NCBI GenBank assembly: GCA_963817385.1 | Contig: CAWFOM010000012.1 | Coordinates: 49,514-113,513 of the forward strand | Direction of reading: 5' to 3' | Source of the DNA: an uncultured delta proteobacterium | Lineage (GTDB): Bacteria > Desulfobacterota > Syntrophia > Syntrophales > UBA5619 | Length of the DNA stretch: 64,000 nucleotides | Shown: in pieces, positions 18,899 to 29,539 of the stretch | Layout: the number at the start of each line of letters is the position of its first letter | How positions within the stretch are numbered: the stretch's first letter is position 1 | Program-made: the position numbers and the translations under genes | The notes under the pieces: model-generated | What the model saw: only the letters and a program-made list of their open reading frames with translations | What the model was told of the DNA's origin: nothing | Databases searched by the model: none

Positions 18899-20845
18899 TC
18901 AGACATCGTCCAAAACTTTTCGGACCTCCCTTGATAAAATATTGATATTAAAAGGTTTCTGAATAAACCCGGCACAACCGCGCTTAAGTATGTCGCTTGC
19001 CTGACCCTCCATGCTATACCCGCTGGAAAGGAGGACGCGAACATCAGGGGATTGGCTTTTCAGAACATCAAAAACCTCGCCGCCGCCCATTTCCGGCATA
19101 ATCATATCCAGGATAACCAAGCTGATGGCCTTGCTGTTGGCATAAAAAATCTCAATGGCCTCTTTTCCATTTCTGGCCGTTATGGTGTTGTAGCCCAAAC
19201 TTTGCAGCATTTCGCTTCCCACCTCCAGTACCATCTCCTCGTCATCCACCAGTAAAACGGTTTCATTGCCCTTCAACAAAGCAGCCTCGACATTCTCTTT
19301 TTTGACAGCTTTTTTCTCCGACCGGGGCAAATAAAATTTAAATGTCGTCCCCCTATGCTTTTCGCTCTGTACCAGAATAAAACCGCCATGTCCTTTGACA
19401 ATGCCATAAGCCGACGCAAGTCCCAGACCGGTCCCCCGGCCGAATTCCTTGGTTGTAAAAAAAGGGTCGAAAATTCGTTGCTGGATCGCGGCATCCATGC
19501 CGATACCGGTGTCTGTAACGCTTGTCTCCACATAATCGCCGGGTTTTAATTCAAATGCCAAATCTTTCAGAACGCTGCTGTTCATGGGAATATTCCGGGT
19601 CTGAATGTGGATACTCCCGCCTCCCGGCATGGCCTGCCAGGCATTCACAAACAGGTTTAAAAGAACCTGCTCAGTCTGGCCCTGATCGACTTCGACAATC
19701 CAGATATCCTTCTCGTAATCCGTGGTGATGCTAACTTCCTTTCTGGTTGAGCCAAACAGTTTTGAGCTTTTTTCGATGAGCTCATTCAGGTCTGTCGGCT
19801 GGATCTTATATTTTCCGCCCCTGGCAAAACCAAGCAACTGTTGTGTCAGTTCCGACCCCCTAATAACGTACTGCTCGATATTTCTTAATTTCCGATAGAT
19901 CGGATCGTCCGCTTCAATACCTAATAGGGCCAAGGAAGCATTCCCCTGAATGCCCATGAGCAGGTTGTTAAAATCATGCGCGATGCCTCCGGCCAACGTG
20001 CCGATGGCTTCCATTTTCTGCACCTGTATAAGCTTGGTTTCAAGCTGTTTGCGATCCTGTTCGACCAGCTTGCGTTCTTCAATTTCCTGTCTGAGTTCTG
20101 CATTCGTCATTTCAAGTTGGGCGGTGCGTTCCCTAACCCTTCCTTCCAGTTTACGGTTTGCCGCCTTTATTTTCTCCTGTTCAATTTCCAGCAGATACGC
20201 CAGAAAGAAATCCCTGCGGGTATAATATTCCATGGCATAACAGACACCCATACCAATCACATTGGCAGTGATAAAGAAAAAGTTGTTGTTCAGCAGAATC
20301 GGCAGCGGCGTCGGGCTGATCCAGATGGCCACGATTTCATAGAATGCCACAATAAACCATCCGGCCAGGACAGCCCAGATAAAACGAACGCGGGTAAACG
20401 TATACCCCCACATAAAAACGAGAATCAGACCCACATAATAGGAATAATTTGCAGGCGGCGGTATAATCGAAATCATCACGATGATGGCAGAACCGGCAAT
20501 GATCATGGCGGCCGTCAGAAGCAATTGAATGTAATTCCGGAACTGTGAGAAGTAGGAAAACACGATGACGCCAAACAGGCTGGGACAGACGATGAAAAAG
20601 CGGATGGCCCAGAGCCTGTTTTTCATTTGCGGCACAAGTACCACGTCGAGGATACCAAAGATTCCATAGAAAAAAATTCCAGCCAGCAAGGAGAACCGTA
20701 TCATTCGCAGAGAATCAAGATAATATTTTTCCTGGAATGACGCTTCCATTTCTCCGGAAAATGAAAGGGTTAATGGATTTAATTCCATTTCCTGGGGGCC
20801 TGGTGTTGCTGGGGGCATGACGAAGTCTTGGCTATTCGTTTTCAT
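18899..20845 (-). CDS. Membrane-bound hybrid histidine kinase (6-TM sensor, HisKA, HATPase, receiver)
   Basis: ~6 TM helices; QKMEAIGTLAGGIAHDFNN, NLFVNA, FFTTK..GTGLGL, C-terminal REC. Confidence 0.95.
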   Translation of the reverse strand: MKTNSQDFVMPPATPGPQEMELNPLTLSFSGEMEASFQEKYYLDSLRMIRFSLLAGIFFYGIFGILDVVLVPQMKNRLWAIRFFIVCPSLFGVIVFSYFSQFRNYIQLLLTAAMIIAGSAIIVMISIIPPPANYSYYVGLILVFMWGYTFTRVRFIWAVLAGWFIVAFYEIVAIWISPTPLPILLNNNFFFITANVIGMGVCYAMEYYTRRDFFLAYLLEIEQEKIKAANRKLEGRVRERTAQLEMTNAELRQEIEERKLVEQDRKQLETKLIQVQKMEAIGTLAGGIAHDFNNLLMGIQGNASLALLGIEADDPIYRKLRNIEQYVIRGSELTQQLLGFARGGKYKIQPTDLNELIEKSSKLFGSTRKEVSITTDYEKDIWIVEVDQGQTEQVLLNLFVNAWQAMPGGGSIHIQTRNIPMNSSVLKDLAFELKPGDYVETSVTDTGIGMDAAIQQRIFDPFFTTKEFGRGTGLGLASAYGIVKGHGGFILVQSEKHRGTTFKFYLPRSEKKAVKKENVEAALLKGNETVLLVDDEEMVLEVGSEMLQSLGYNTITARNGKEAIEIFYANSKAISLVILDMIMPEMGGGEVFDVLKSQSPDVRVLLSSGYSMEGQASDILKRGCAGFIQKPFNINILSREVRKVLDDV

Positions 20846-21371
20846 TAAGGGTATCCCATCAAAAATATTTTTCGTTAACGGGCATCATAGCCGTTAACCA
20901 TTTGTAAACGATGCGCGGCATACGATATGTATTTTCCTATGGCCGCTTTTCTCTCTATCCCTCCGTAGGGGCTGCTCGATCATCCGCTATTTTATTTGCT
21001 AATTTGTTCCGTTTCGCTACTAGGTCACAGAGGTAGTTGATTACCCGGTCAAAGATAGAAGAAATCCCATGCTAACACAACCTGTTGTGATAAAATCTCC
21101 TTATCACACAAGACTTCTTTCCGTATCCCCGGCTCACAGAACGGTAATTTCTTATCAATCATCGCAGTACGCCGTCAAGAGAATGTTATCCGATCCCTGA
21201 CGTTTCAAGGCATATTACAGACGTATCTCAGACTTATATCGGTATATCCGCGACAATACTTTACGGTTATCCAGCAGGCCCGAATAGATGGCGGTTCCTT
21301 CATCAGCGAGATACTGCATCCGTTTCTGGGAAAAGGATACCCGGATGATGGAGCTAAGGTTTTGATGGCGA

Positions 21372-21562
21372 CATGACCATTCCCCGAATTCCTCAACCCG
21401 CTTCTGATGGCAGGAGGGGAAATGAAGATGCTTGCAAGGGAAAGCAAGAAATACTCGTGATTGCAGTCATTACACTTCACCCGGGCAAAGTCTTTGTGCA
21501 GGTTGCCGCGATCAAGATAACGGTAAATGACCTGCCGGAGATAGGGTCGGAAGAACCCGTAG
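21372..21562 (-). mobile_element. IS91-family transposase remnant (zinc-binding N-terminal part)
   Basis: YGFFRPYLRQVIYRYLDRGNLHKDFARVKCNDCNHEY, then after a frameshift LAFPCK..PSCHQKRVEEFGEW. Confidence 0.75.
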
Positions 21563-21680
21563 AGATTTGTTATGGATTACCCCGTGAACTGGAATTGTTT
21601 GTCAGCGAAATCTCAGCCTGCAGCGTTTGATTGTTGCTGATTGAAAGATTATGATAGGGAATGCAAACTACTTGCCGCGG

Positions 21681-21869
21681 TTATCCGGCAGCCTTAACTA
21701 GTTGAATCCTGGATTCGGTAAAATTAATCATTTGAATCCTATCTTCAAAGATCTGTTTTTCACCGAAGAGTGATTCTACAATGATTTTGTCTTTCTCGAT
21801 GGTGATTTGAGTAATATTTTCCATAGCCGGCTGTTGGGCACCGGGCGCGTATAATTTAGCTAAACACAT
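21681..21869 (-). CDS. CooT-family nickel-binding protein
   Basis: N-terminal MCLAK, MENI, ESLFGE; GGAGG RBS before ATG 21869. Confidence 0.8.
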   Translation of the reverse strand: MCLAKLYAPGAQQPAMENITQITIEKDKIIVESLFGEKQIFEDRIQMINFTESRIQLVKAAG

Positions 21870-21930
21870 GGAAACCTCCAATAATAATTCAAAATTTCAG
21901 GCACTACATTTACGAGGTGAGGCAATCGAG

Positions 21931-22131
21931 TTATTGTAACAGAGAGCGGGCTTTTTTTAGGTATCCGTCAGCCTCGGCCATTTTATCAGCCGCCTGCCGC
22001 AGTTGCTTGGCAACATCTTTTTGCTCCGTGGCTATCTTATCGGCCCATTCGCGGAATTCCTCTCCGTGTTCCTGGTTATGTTCCAGCCAGTAGGACAGCA
22101 GACTATTCAGTTTACTCTTGGTATCGTTCAT
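21931..22131 (-). CDS. Small helical protein with WxEHNxEH motif (putative metal-binding)
   Basis: KLNSLLSYWLEHNQEHGEEFREWA; adjacent to CooT. Confidence 0.7.
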   Translation of the reverse strand: MNDTKSKLNSLLSYWLEHNQEHGEEFREWADKIATEQKDVAKQLRQAADKMAEADGYLKKARSLLQ

Positions 22132-22287
22132 GAAATCCTTCTCCTCGCTCGCTTTCACGATTATGCTGAGAAAATATGCGCAAAGACACTAGTCTATCAA
22201 ATCCGGATAAATAATTGAATTATTGATAAGAACTTGCCTTTGTACGCACTAAGAATAAGAAAATCGGCCTTTTATGTCAAGGAGATT

Positions 22288-24523
22288 TTATTGCGCCGCG
22301 ATCCGTGTCCGGGCCTCCTCGGTCAGGAAATCCCATAGACCGATCTCTTTGAGGGTGGCGGGGGTCGGGATGCCGGAGGGGGTCCAGCCCCGCTCCCGGT
22401 AATACGCCTGGATCAGGTCGCCGAGCTGCTCCTTACGGTTCTTCATGAGGATCTCCCGCTTCTTCCCGGTCTGCATGCCTTGGATCACTTCCGGGGATTT
22501 TCCCAGGAGCCGGCTGACCTCCGCGTCATTGTACACCCCCTCTGCTTCGTAGAGCCCGTCGTCGGTCGGCCCGATGGCCCGCTCCGGGATCCGGTCCTGT
22601 TTTCCCGTCTCAGAGCCGTAGACCATGACGTTCATGACGCGCTGCAGGTTGATGTCCCGGTCCGTCTGCGCGAAGATCTGCTCCCAGGTCAGATCTGGTT
22701 CCCAGCATCCCGTTGTAGAAATCCGCATAGAGCTCCTGCGAGGCGGGATTGATGAACTTGTCGGTCTTCTTCACCTTCTCCGAGGCGGGGTTGAAGACGT
22801 CGACCCAGGGGAGCTTGCAGAGTCCGAGATTGTCGTTTCCCAGGCGGACGCGCGGATAGGTGATGAGCGCCCGGGCCTTGTCCTGAAGGGTGGGAAAGGC
22901 GCCCAGGAGGTCCACCTTGATGAGCCAGGCGGCGGCGTGGTGCGCCCCGATGTCGCTCGCGGCGGCGTAGGAACCCTGCATGGAGAGCGAGCGGTGGGTC
23001 CGGTAGAGGGAAAAGGGGAGCCCCTTCGTCTGCATGGCGAACCGGAGGAGTTCCTCCCGGGGATCGGCCTGGCCGGTTCTCCCGACATAGCGGGCGGCGA
23101 TCCAGTCGAGAAGGGGGAGCATCCCCTGGCCCGCGACCCGGGCGAATTTCGTTTCCCCGAGGGCGATATGGCGGATGAAGCTCAGGACTGCCTCCTCATT
23201 TCCCCAGGCGAGCGCCAGGCCGTCCGTGTCTTCCCGCGTCAGATATCCCCGCTGGAAGCATTCCATGAGAAAGGCGATCGTGACGGCCACGGTGATCGTG
23301 TCGATCCCGTAGTTGTCGCAGTGCCAGTTGGCCTCCATGATGAATTCGGCGTTCCACATCCCGAGGTTGGAGCCGAAGCCGGCGGCGGTTTCGTACTCGG
23401 GGCCGTCCACCCACACCTTGCGGCCCCGGTGTTCGCCGAAGCTCAGGGTAACCCAGCCCCCCTTGGTGCAGCGCAGGTTGCAGCCGGGGAAACAGCCGTC
23501 CATCCCCCGGTGATCGAACAGGTGCTCGGCATAGAATTTCCCCGTGATCTGCTCCGCCCGCGGGTCGGAGCCCAACTGGTAATTGTTCACGGGCAGGGAC
23601 TGGTACTCCTGTTTGTTCATGAAGGCGATGAGCCCCGCGCTTCCCTTCCGGTACATCTTGAGCGATTGCGGATCCACCTCCCGGACGACCTTCCCGAGCT
23701 CGGCGCCCGCGTGCTTCACCTTCTCCCAGTCGGCGGCGCCGTAAGGGTTTTCGCCGTGAGGAAATTCGGCCAGAACGACGATGGCCCGGATTTTCTTGTC
23801 AATCATCACGGTGCCCAGCCCCGTCCGCCCGGCCTGCTTCGTCCGGAAGAACCCCTTGGTCCCGTCCACGTGTTTCGTGGGATCGAAATAATGGCTGTTG
23901 ATGCAGCCGTAGGTGGTATGGGCGGCGCCGATGCCGGTCGTCAAAAAGACGATCTCCTTGCGATCCCGGCCCTCGCGGATGAACCGCTCGGCGATCGCCT
24001 TCTCCAGGTCGAAGACCTCATCGTGCAGCGGCGCTTCCACGATCGATATCTCCCGGCGGAAGCCGTCGATGACGATCATGATATCCGTCGCTGACTTTCC
24101 CGTGATTTCCAGGGCATCGAAACCGGCGTACTTGAGATAGGCGCCGAAATGGCCGCCGAAATTCGAGACCCCCGGAATGCCCGTCAGCGGCGACAGGGAT
24201 ACGGCCATGCATTTGCTCGTCCCCGGGAACTGGGGAATGCCGGCCAAGGGACCCGGCGAAAAGATCAGGGGATTCTCGGGATCGCGGGGGGTTGTTCGCG
24301 GGGTGATCCGCGTATGGAGAAGGTAGAGACCCAGGGCGCGGCCGCCGAGGAAGTAGTCACGGACGTGCGGCGCCAGCGCCGGTGTTGCAATGGCGCGGGT
24401 TCCCAGGTCGATGGTGATCATGGTGTTCGTATATCCGTGGTGGAGCTTTGCTGCTGCGTATGGCATATTCCGTTTCCTTCCGGCCGGCGCCGCAGTGGCG
24501 GCGGGCGTTGGTTTTCTTCCCAT
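22288..24523 (-). CDS. Aldehyde:ferredoxin oxidoreductase family (W/Mo), one frameshift ~22697
   Basis: LGGRALG, SPLTG, AGRTGLG, DGPEYET, DNYGIDTI, DNLGLC, YY.ERGW..GIPT; C-terminus in a second frame. Confidence 0.9.
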
Positions 24524-24653
24524 CCTCCGATCTATTGGTTTCCTGAGGATCTTTTTGGGGAGGGCCGAGTTTATGGAAATGAGGCCCGCCTGTCAAGAGA
24601 ATTAAAGCACGGGTTAGCGCGGAATTGCGCCCCCTGTCAGACCGGGTTTTCTC

Positions 24654-25966
24654 CTATTCTGCGGTCAGGACGACCCGCTCGACCTTCTCCAGATCCCTCC
24701 GATAGAAGCGTGAACCGAGGGTAAAAAGGACGCAGGAGATGAGCGCCATGGCGCTCGCGATCTTCAGGGCCGTCAGGATCCCGTACCGGTCGGAGAAGGC
24801 GCCGGTCACCACCGGACCGAGGGCGCTCCCCAGCAGGTTCTGGGTGATTACGCAGAGGGCGTAGGAGACGGCGCGCAGGCCCGGATGGACGACATCCTGG
24901 GTGACGGCGATGGCCGAGGAGGCCCAGGCGATGGAGGCGATTCCCGCCAGAAGGAAGATCCCGTACTGGAGGGCGCCGCCGGAGGGAAGGTGAAACCCGC
25001 CGAGAAACAGGGCCGCGGTCAGGAGGGCGGAGAGGGCAGGGAGGAGCAATCGGGCCTGGATCCTCTTTTTCATCCAGGTGTCCGCGATCCAGCCGCCCAG
25101 CGGCGAGCCGACGATGCTGGTCAGCATGATGCCGCTGGCCAGGAGGGTGGCCTTTTGCAGGGGGAAACCCCTGGATCCGCTGGAAGTAGGTGGGCAGGAA
25201 CGTGGACATCGATATGGAGGTGAACATCATTCCGGCGAACCCGAGGTAGGTCAGAAGAAGGGAAGGCGTTTGGGCGAACGTGCGGACGATCTCCCGGTTG
25301 GACATTTTTTTCGTGGCCGGGCCGGCGTCGTGTGCCGACCGCCGATCGGTCAACCGTTTTTTCCAGGCCGACCGTCTTGTAGTCCTTGACGAAGAAGAAG
25401 AGCAAAGCAATGATCAACCCGGGGAGGGCGACGATCCCGAAGGCGTGACGCCATCCCCACCGGGAGGCGATGGCTCCCCCGATGACGATGCCTGCGGCCA
25501 TTCCGAGAGGAATGGAGGCATTCCAGATACCCACCATGAAGGCGCGCTTGTTTTCGGGATAGAGGGCGGAGATCATCGCCGTCCCGCCGGGCGCATAGCC
25601 GGCTTCCCCCAGGCCGATGGCGGCCCGCGCCGCAAAAAGCTGGCCGAAATTCTTCGTTACCGCGCAGGCGGCCGTGGCCAGGCTCCACAATACGGCCATA
25701 ATGCCGATGCTCTTTTTCCGGCTCCAGCGGTCAATTACGATGGAGACGGGGAAGGAGAAGATGATGATGGCCCAGTATACGGCGGAGACCATGGCCCCGC
25801 ATTGGGTATCGGTCAGACCCCAATCGGCCTTCAGAAAAGGGAAGAGGGAGACGACCACCATGCGGTCGATGTAGTCAAAGAAGTAGAGGAGCCAGAGCAG
25901 GAGAAACACATAGCCGGTGTAGGCCTTGGAAAAAAGGTAGCCTTCGGGAGGGGGGAGCTTCGTCAT
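24654..25966 (-). CDS. MFS transporter (two frameshifts, ~25320 and ~25165)
   Basis: FDYIDR, IDRWSRKK, GLGEAGY, WGWRHAF; C-half continues in other frames. Confidence 0.85.
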
Positions 25967-26198
25967 GGGTGAATCTCCTTATGGTTGCCGCCTCACCGGG
26001 TGTTTTTCAAATACCAGGACAGCGGGCGGCCGTCAATCCTGTGGAGCGGCGGTAGACAGCAGCCTTCATTGGGCTCGTTCCTGTTGCCTATGAACCGTGC
26101 GCTGTGCTGAAAGGGTGCTTCCGTCCGGTGAGTGTAGGGAAACGGCACGGGTGTGTCAGGGTAATTGCTGCATGCATCCCGGGGGGAACGCGATACTG

Positions 26199-26235
26199 AA
26201 AGAGCGCCCCGCCATCGCCGGCGGGGCGCTCTTTT
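26199..26235. terminator. Intrinsic terminator
   Basis: AAAGAGCGCCCCGCC-ATCGCC-GGCGGGGCGCTCTTTT. Confidence 0.85.
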
Positions 26236-26262
26236 CTGATCAGCACAGTGATACCGGAGACG

Positions 26263-26866
26263 TTAACTCTGTTGTTTCTTCACCTTCTTGGGTTCGGGCT
26301 TGGCAGGAGCTGTCAGCATTTCCTTGAAAGCGGCGTCCCATTTCTCGATGACGGCCTTCAGTTCGAGCGACCTTCGCCTTGGCGCCGATCGGATCGGCGG
26401 CGATCGCATCCTTGGCGGCTTTCAGGTTGTCCACGAAGGCCTTGGCATCCGCTTCCCATGCGCCCTTCTGGTCCTTCATCTTCTTTTCGGCCTTTTTCGC
26501 GTCGGCTTCAATGGCCGTCCAGCCTTGCTCCAGGGCTGTCAGGGCGGCGGTCGCTTCGTCGGCGACGGCCTTCTTGCCCGCTGCCACGGCGCCGGCGGCC
26601 TTCTCGAAGGCGGCCTTGGCATCCACATAACCCTGTTTGGCTTCCTTATACTTCTTGTCCTTCACCTGGGCTTCTGAAGACTCCCACACCTTCTTGGCGG
26701 CATCCAGATCGGCGGCGGCGTATTTGTCGGCGCCGGCGGCGACGGCTGCATCCATGGCAGCCTTCGCTGCCTTCTGTTCCGCCTCAGGGGGTTTTGCACA
26801 GCCGATGAAGACCAGGGCCAGAGCAAGAACCATCAACAATGATACCGAATACTTGAAATGCTTCAT
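26263..26866 (-). CDS. Ala/Lys-rich helical lipoprotein (DUF4398-like), frameshift ~26373
   Basis: Lipobox FIGC-AKPP, AGADKYAA; the C-terminal ELKAVIEKWDAAF...KKQQS* lies in another frame. Confidence 0.75.
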
Positions 26867-26972
26867 ACAGGACCTCCTTCGTTTAAATGATTGCAATTAT
26901 TTCTGACGAAAAGTCACAGTTTTTATATACCTTTTTACGCGGTTGTCAAGATTTTCGAGGGGAAAAATCCGC

Positions 26973-28565
26973 TTACCCCTTTTCTCGTCCGGCTATCCGC
27001 CGCCGGAGAGAGCCCATCATGAGCATGACCTCCGGGCTCCTGAAGAGGAAGGCGGCCGCGAGGAAGGCAATGCCGCCCCCGGCAACGCAGAGGACGAGGT
27101 AAATCAGCCTCGCGCTGAACGGCCCGGAGGTGTGCCAGGGGTAGAGAAGGCCGATGATGAAGATCGCCGCCCCCATGACCAGCGACGCGAGGGAGGTCTT
27201 GCCGACGGATCGGGTGAATTCACTGTCCAGGATCGTTCCGACCCGTCGTTTCAGGATCACCCAGAGCATCCCCACGTTCACGGCCGAGGCGATGGAGGTG
27301 GCGAGCGCGATTCCTCCGTGCTTCAGGGGAAACATCAGGGCGACGCTGAAGACGGCGTTTACGATCAGGGCGACGATGGCGGCCTTCATGGGGGAGCGGG
27401 TGTCCTGGAGGGAGTAGAAGGCCGAGACGATGATCCGGATGACGGAGAAGGCCCAGAGGCCGACGGCGTAGCAGAGGAGGGCCTGCGCTGTAAGCACCGT
27501 GGCCTGCGCGCTGAACTCCCCCCGCTGGAACAGGACGGAGATGATCGGAACGCGCAGGACGATCAGGGCGACCGTCGCCGGGATGGTGATGAAGAGGATA
27601 AGCCTGAGCGAGAAGGAGATCGTCCGCTTCAGCTCCTCGATCCGTCCCTGCGCCACCTGGTCCGAAAAGCTCGGGAGCGTCGCCGTCCCCACGGCGATGG
27701 CGAAGACCCCGAGGGGAAGCTCGACGATCCGGTCGGCGTAGTAGAGATACGAGACGCTCCCGGCAGGCAGGAGCGACGCCAGGATCGTCCCGATGAAGAT
27801 GTTGATCTGGTAGATCGCCGCCCCGAAGGAGGCGGGCAGCATCAGCATCCCGATCCGTTTCACCCCCGGATGGCGGAAATGGAAATCCGGCTTCAGCCGG
27901 ACCCCCATCCTGATCAGGAAGGGCAACTGCATGGCGAGCTGGAGCACCCCGCCCGCCATGACGCCGACGGCGAGCGCGACGACCGGCTCCCGGAAGAAGC
28001 CCCGGAGCGTCAGGGCGGCCAGGATCATCGCGAGGTTAAGGACGACGGGCGAGAGGGCCGGCGCCGCGAAATGCCGAAGCGAGTTGAGTATCCCCATGCA
28101 GAGGGCGACGAGCGAGATGAGCAGGATGTAGGGGAACATGAGCCGCGTGAGGAAGACGGCCAGGTCATACTGGGCCGGCATCCGGACGAAGCCGGGCGCC
28201 ATGATCGTCACGATGAGCGGGGAGAAAAGGACGCCAAGAAGTGAGACGACGACGAGGATGATCGACAGGGCCGTGAAGGTGATGTTCGCCAGTTCCAGCG
28301 CCTCCTCGCGGGTTTTATTTCGCAGATATTCGGTGAAGACGGGGACGAAGGAGACGGTCAGCGACCCCTCGGCGAGGAGCCTGCGGAGGAGGTTGGGGAT
28401 CCGAAAGGCGACGAAGAAGGCGTCCGTGGTGAGCCCCGCACCGAAGAAGGCGGCCACGACCATGTCCCTGATGAAGCCGAAGATGCGGGAGAGCATCGTG
28501 GCGATCCCCACGACCCCGGCCGCCCGGACGACCCGTCTGTTTTCGGACCCGTGTTCATCCACCAT
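26973..28565 (-). CDS. murJ: Lipid II flippase MurJ (MviN)
   Basis: SRIFGFIRD, DAFFVAFRIPNLLRRLLAEG, YLYYADRIVELPLG. Confidence 0.97.
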   Translation of the reverse strand: MVDEHGSENRRVVRAAGVVGIATMLSRIFGFIRDMVVAAFFGAGLTTDAFFVAFRIPNLLRRLLAEGSLTVSFVPVFTEYLRNKTREEALELANITFTALSIILVVVSLLGVLFSPLIVTIMAPGFVRMPAQYDLAVFLTRLMFPYILLISLVALCMGILNSLRHFAAPALSPVVLNLAMILAALTLRGFFREPVVALAVGVMAGGVLQLAMQLPFLIRMGVRLKPDFHFRHPGVKRIGMLMLPASFGAAIYQINIFIGTILASLLPAGSVSYLYYADRIVELPLGVFAIAVGTATLPSFSDQVAQGRIEELKRTISFSLRLILFITIPATVALIVLRVPIISVLFQRGEFSAQATVLTAQALLCYAVGLWAFSVIRIIVSAFYSLQDTRSPMKAAIVALIVNAVFSVALMFPLKHGGIALATSIASAVNVGMLWVILKRRVGTILDSEFTRSVGKTSLASLVMGAAIFIIGLLYPWHTSGPFSARLIYLVLCVAGGGIAFLAAAFLFRSPEVMLMMGSLRRRIAGREKG

Positions 28566-28734
28566 AGCGCAATTCCCTTGAAAAGGTTACCTCACCGGGA
28601 GATCGGTGAATCCGCCTGCGAGCGCATCACTGCGGGCTACCGCAGGATCAGCGAGCAACGTTATGTTTTATTCCTCTTAAGGATCGAAGCTCTCCGCAGC
28701 TTTCTGTGGAGAGCTTCAAATCACGATCCCGGAA

Positions 28735-28868
28735 GCGCACATTGGAGATTTTTCGGGCCCCCTGCCCCCGCAGCGGAGCGCCCGCAAAGACGATTGTTTG
28801 AGCGCGAAGCGCGAGTTTCGTCTTTGCAGCGAAGTGAGGAGGCGCAGGGTCGGAAAATGTCCAGTGCG
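28735..28868. repeat. Long imperfect palindrome (REP/MITE-like)
   Basis: Outer arms GCGCACATTGGAGATTTT / AAAATGTCCAGTGCGC, inner arms GCAAAGACGA / TCGTCTTTGC. Confidence 0.55.
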
Positions 28869-28903
28869 CGGAGGGATCATACGTTTCACGTCGTGTAAAT
28901 ATC

Positions 28904-29206
28904 TCACAACGCCGCGATGAGAGCAGCGACCTGGTCTCCCTTCAAACCCTTCACGGCGACGGTTTTGGTCCTCGCGGTGTGGCCGGCAATGATGGTCACC
29001 TGCGCCTTTTTCACGCCGAGAACTTCGGCGAGCAGGCGGATGCACTCTTCGTTGGCCTTTCCCTCCACGGGGGCGGCCGTGATCCGGAGCTTCAGCGCGT
29101 CGTCCTGGACGCCCGCGATCTCGCGCCGCGATGCCCGCGGGACGACCCGGATGCGGAATACGACGCCGGCGGAGGTTTCACGGATGGATATCGATGAAAC
29201 TGCCAT
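28904..29206 (-). CDS. yggU: DUF167 / YggU family protein
   Basis: RVVPRASR, AAPVEGKAN, GHTARTK. Confidence 0.92.
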   Translation of the reverse strand: MAVSSISIRETSAGVVFRIRVVPRASRREIAGVQDDALKLRITAAPVEGKANEECIRLLAEVLGVKKAQVTIIAGHTARTKTVAVKGLKGDQVAALIAAL

Positions 29207-29212
29207 TGGCGG

Positions 29213-29512
29213 TCACCGGAATGAAAGCGCAAGCTGCATCAGGCTCGGCACCAGGAAGCTCTGGAGGAAGACGATCGCCAGGAGGATGATCATGGGCGAA
29301 AAGTCGATGCCCATCCCGCGAAGCGGGATCCAGCGCCGGACGCGGGCCATGACCGGTTCGGTGATCTGATAGAGAAAGCGGACGATCGGGTTGTAGGGAT
29401 CGGGATTTACCCAGGAGAGGACCGCCCGGATGACGATGATCCACATGTAGGCGGTCAGGGCGATGTCGATGATTTTGGCAACGGCGATGATGAAATTCCC
29501 CAGGACAAACAT
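29213..29512 (-). CDS. yggT: YggT family membrane protein
   Basis: RAVLSWVNPDPYNPIV, ITEP, IDFSP. Confidence 0.95.
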   Translation of the reverse strand: MFVLGNFIIAVAKIIDIALTAYMWIIVIRAVLSWVNPDPYNPIVRFLYQITEPVMARVRRWIPLRGMGIDFSPMIILLAIVFLQSFLVPSLMQLALSFR

Positions 29513-29539
29513 CGGTTTTATGATCCTCTCTTTTAAAGG

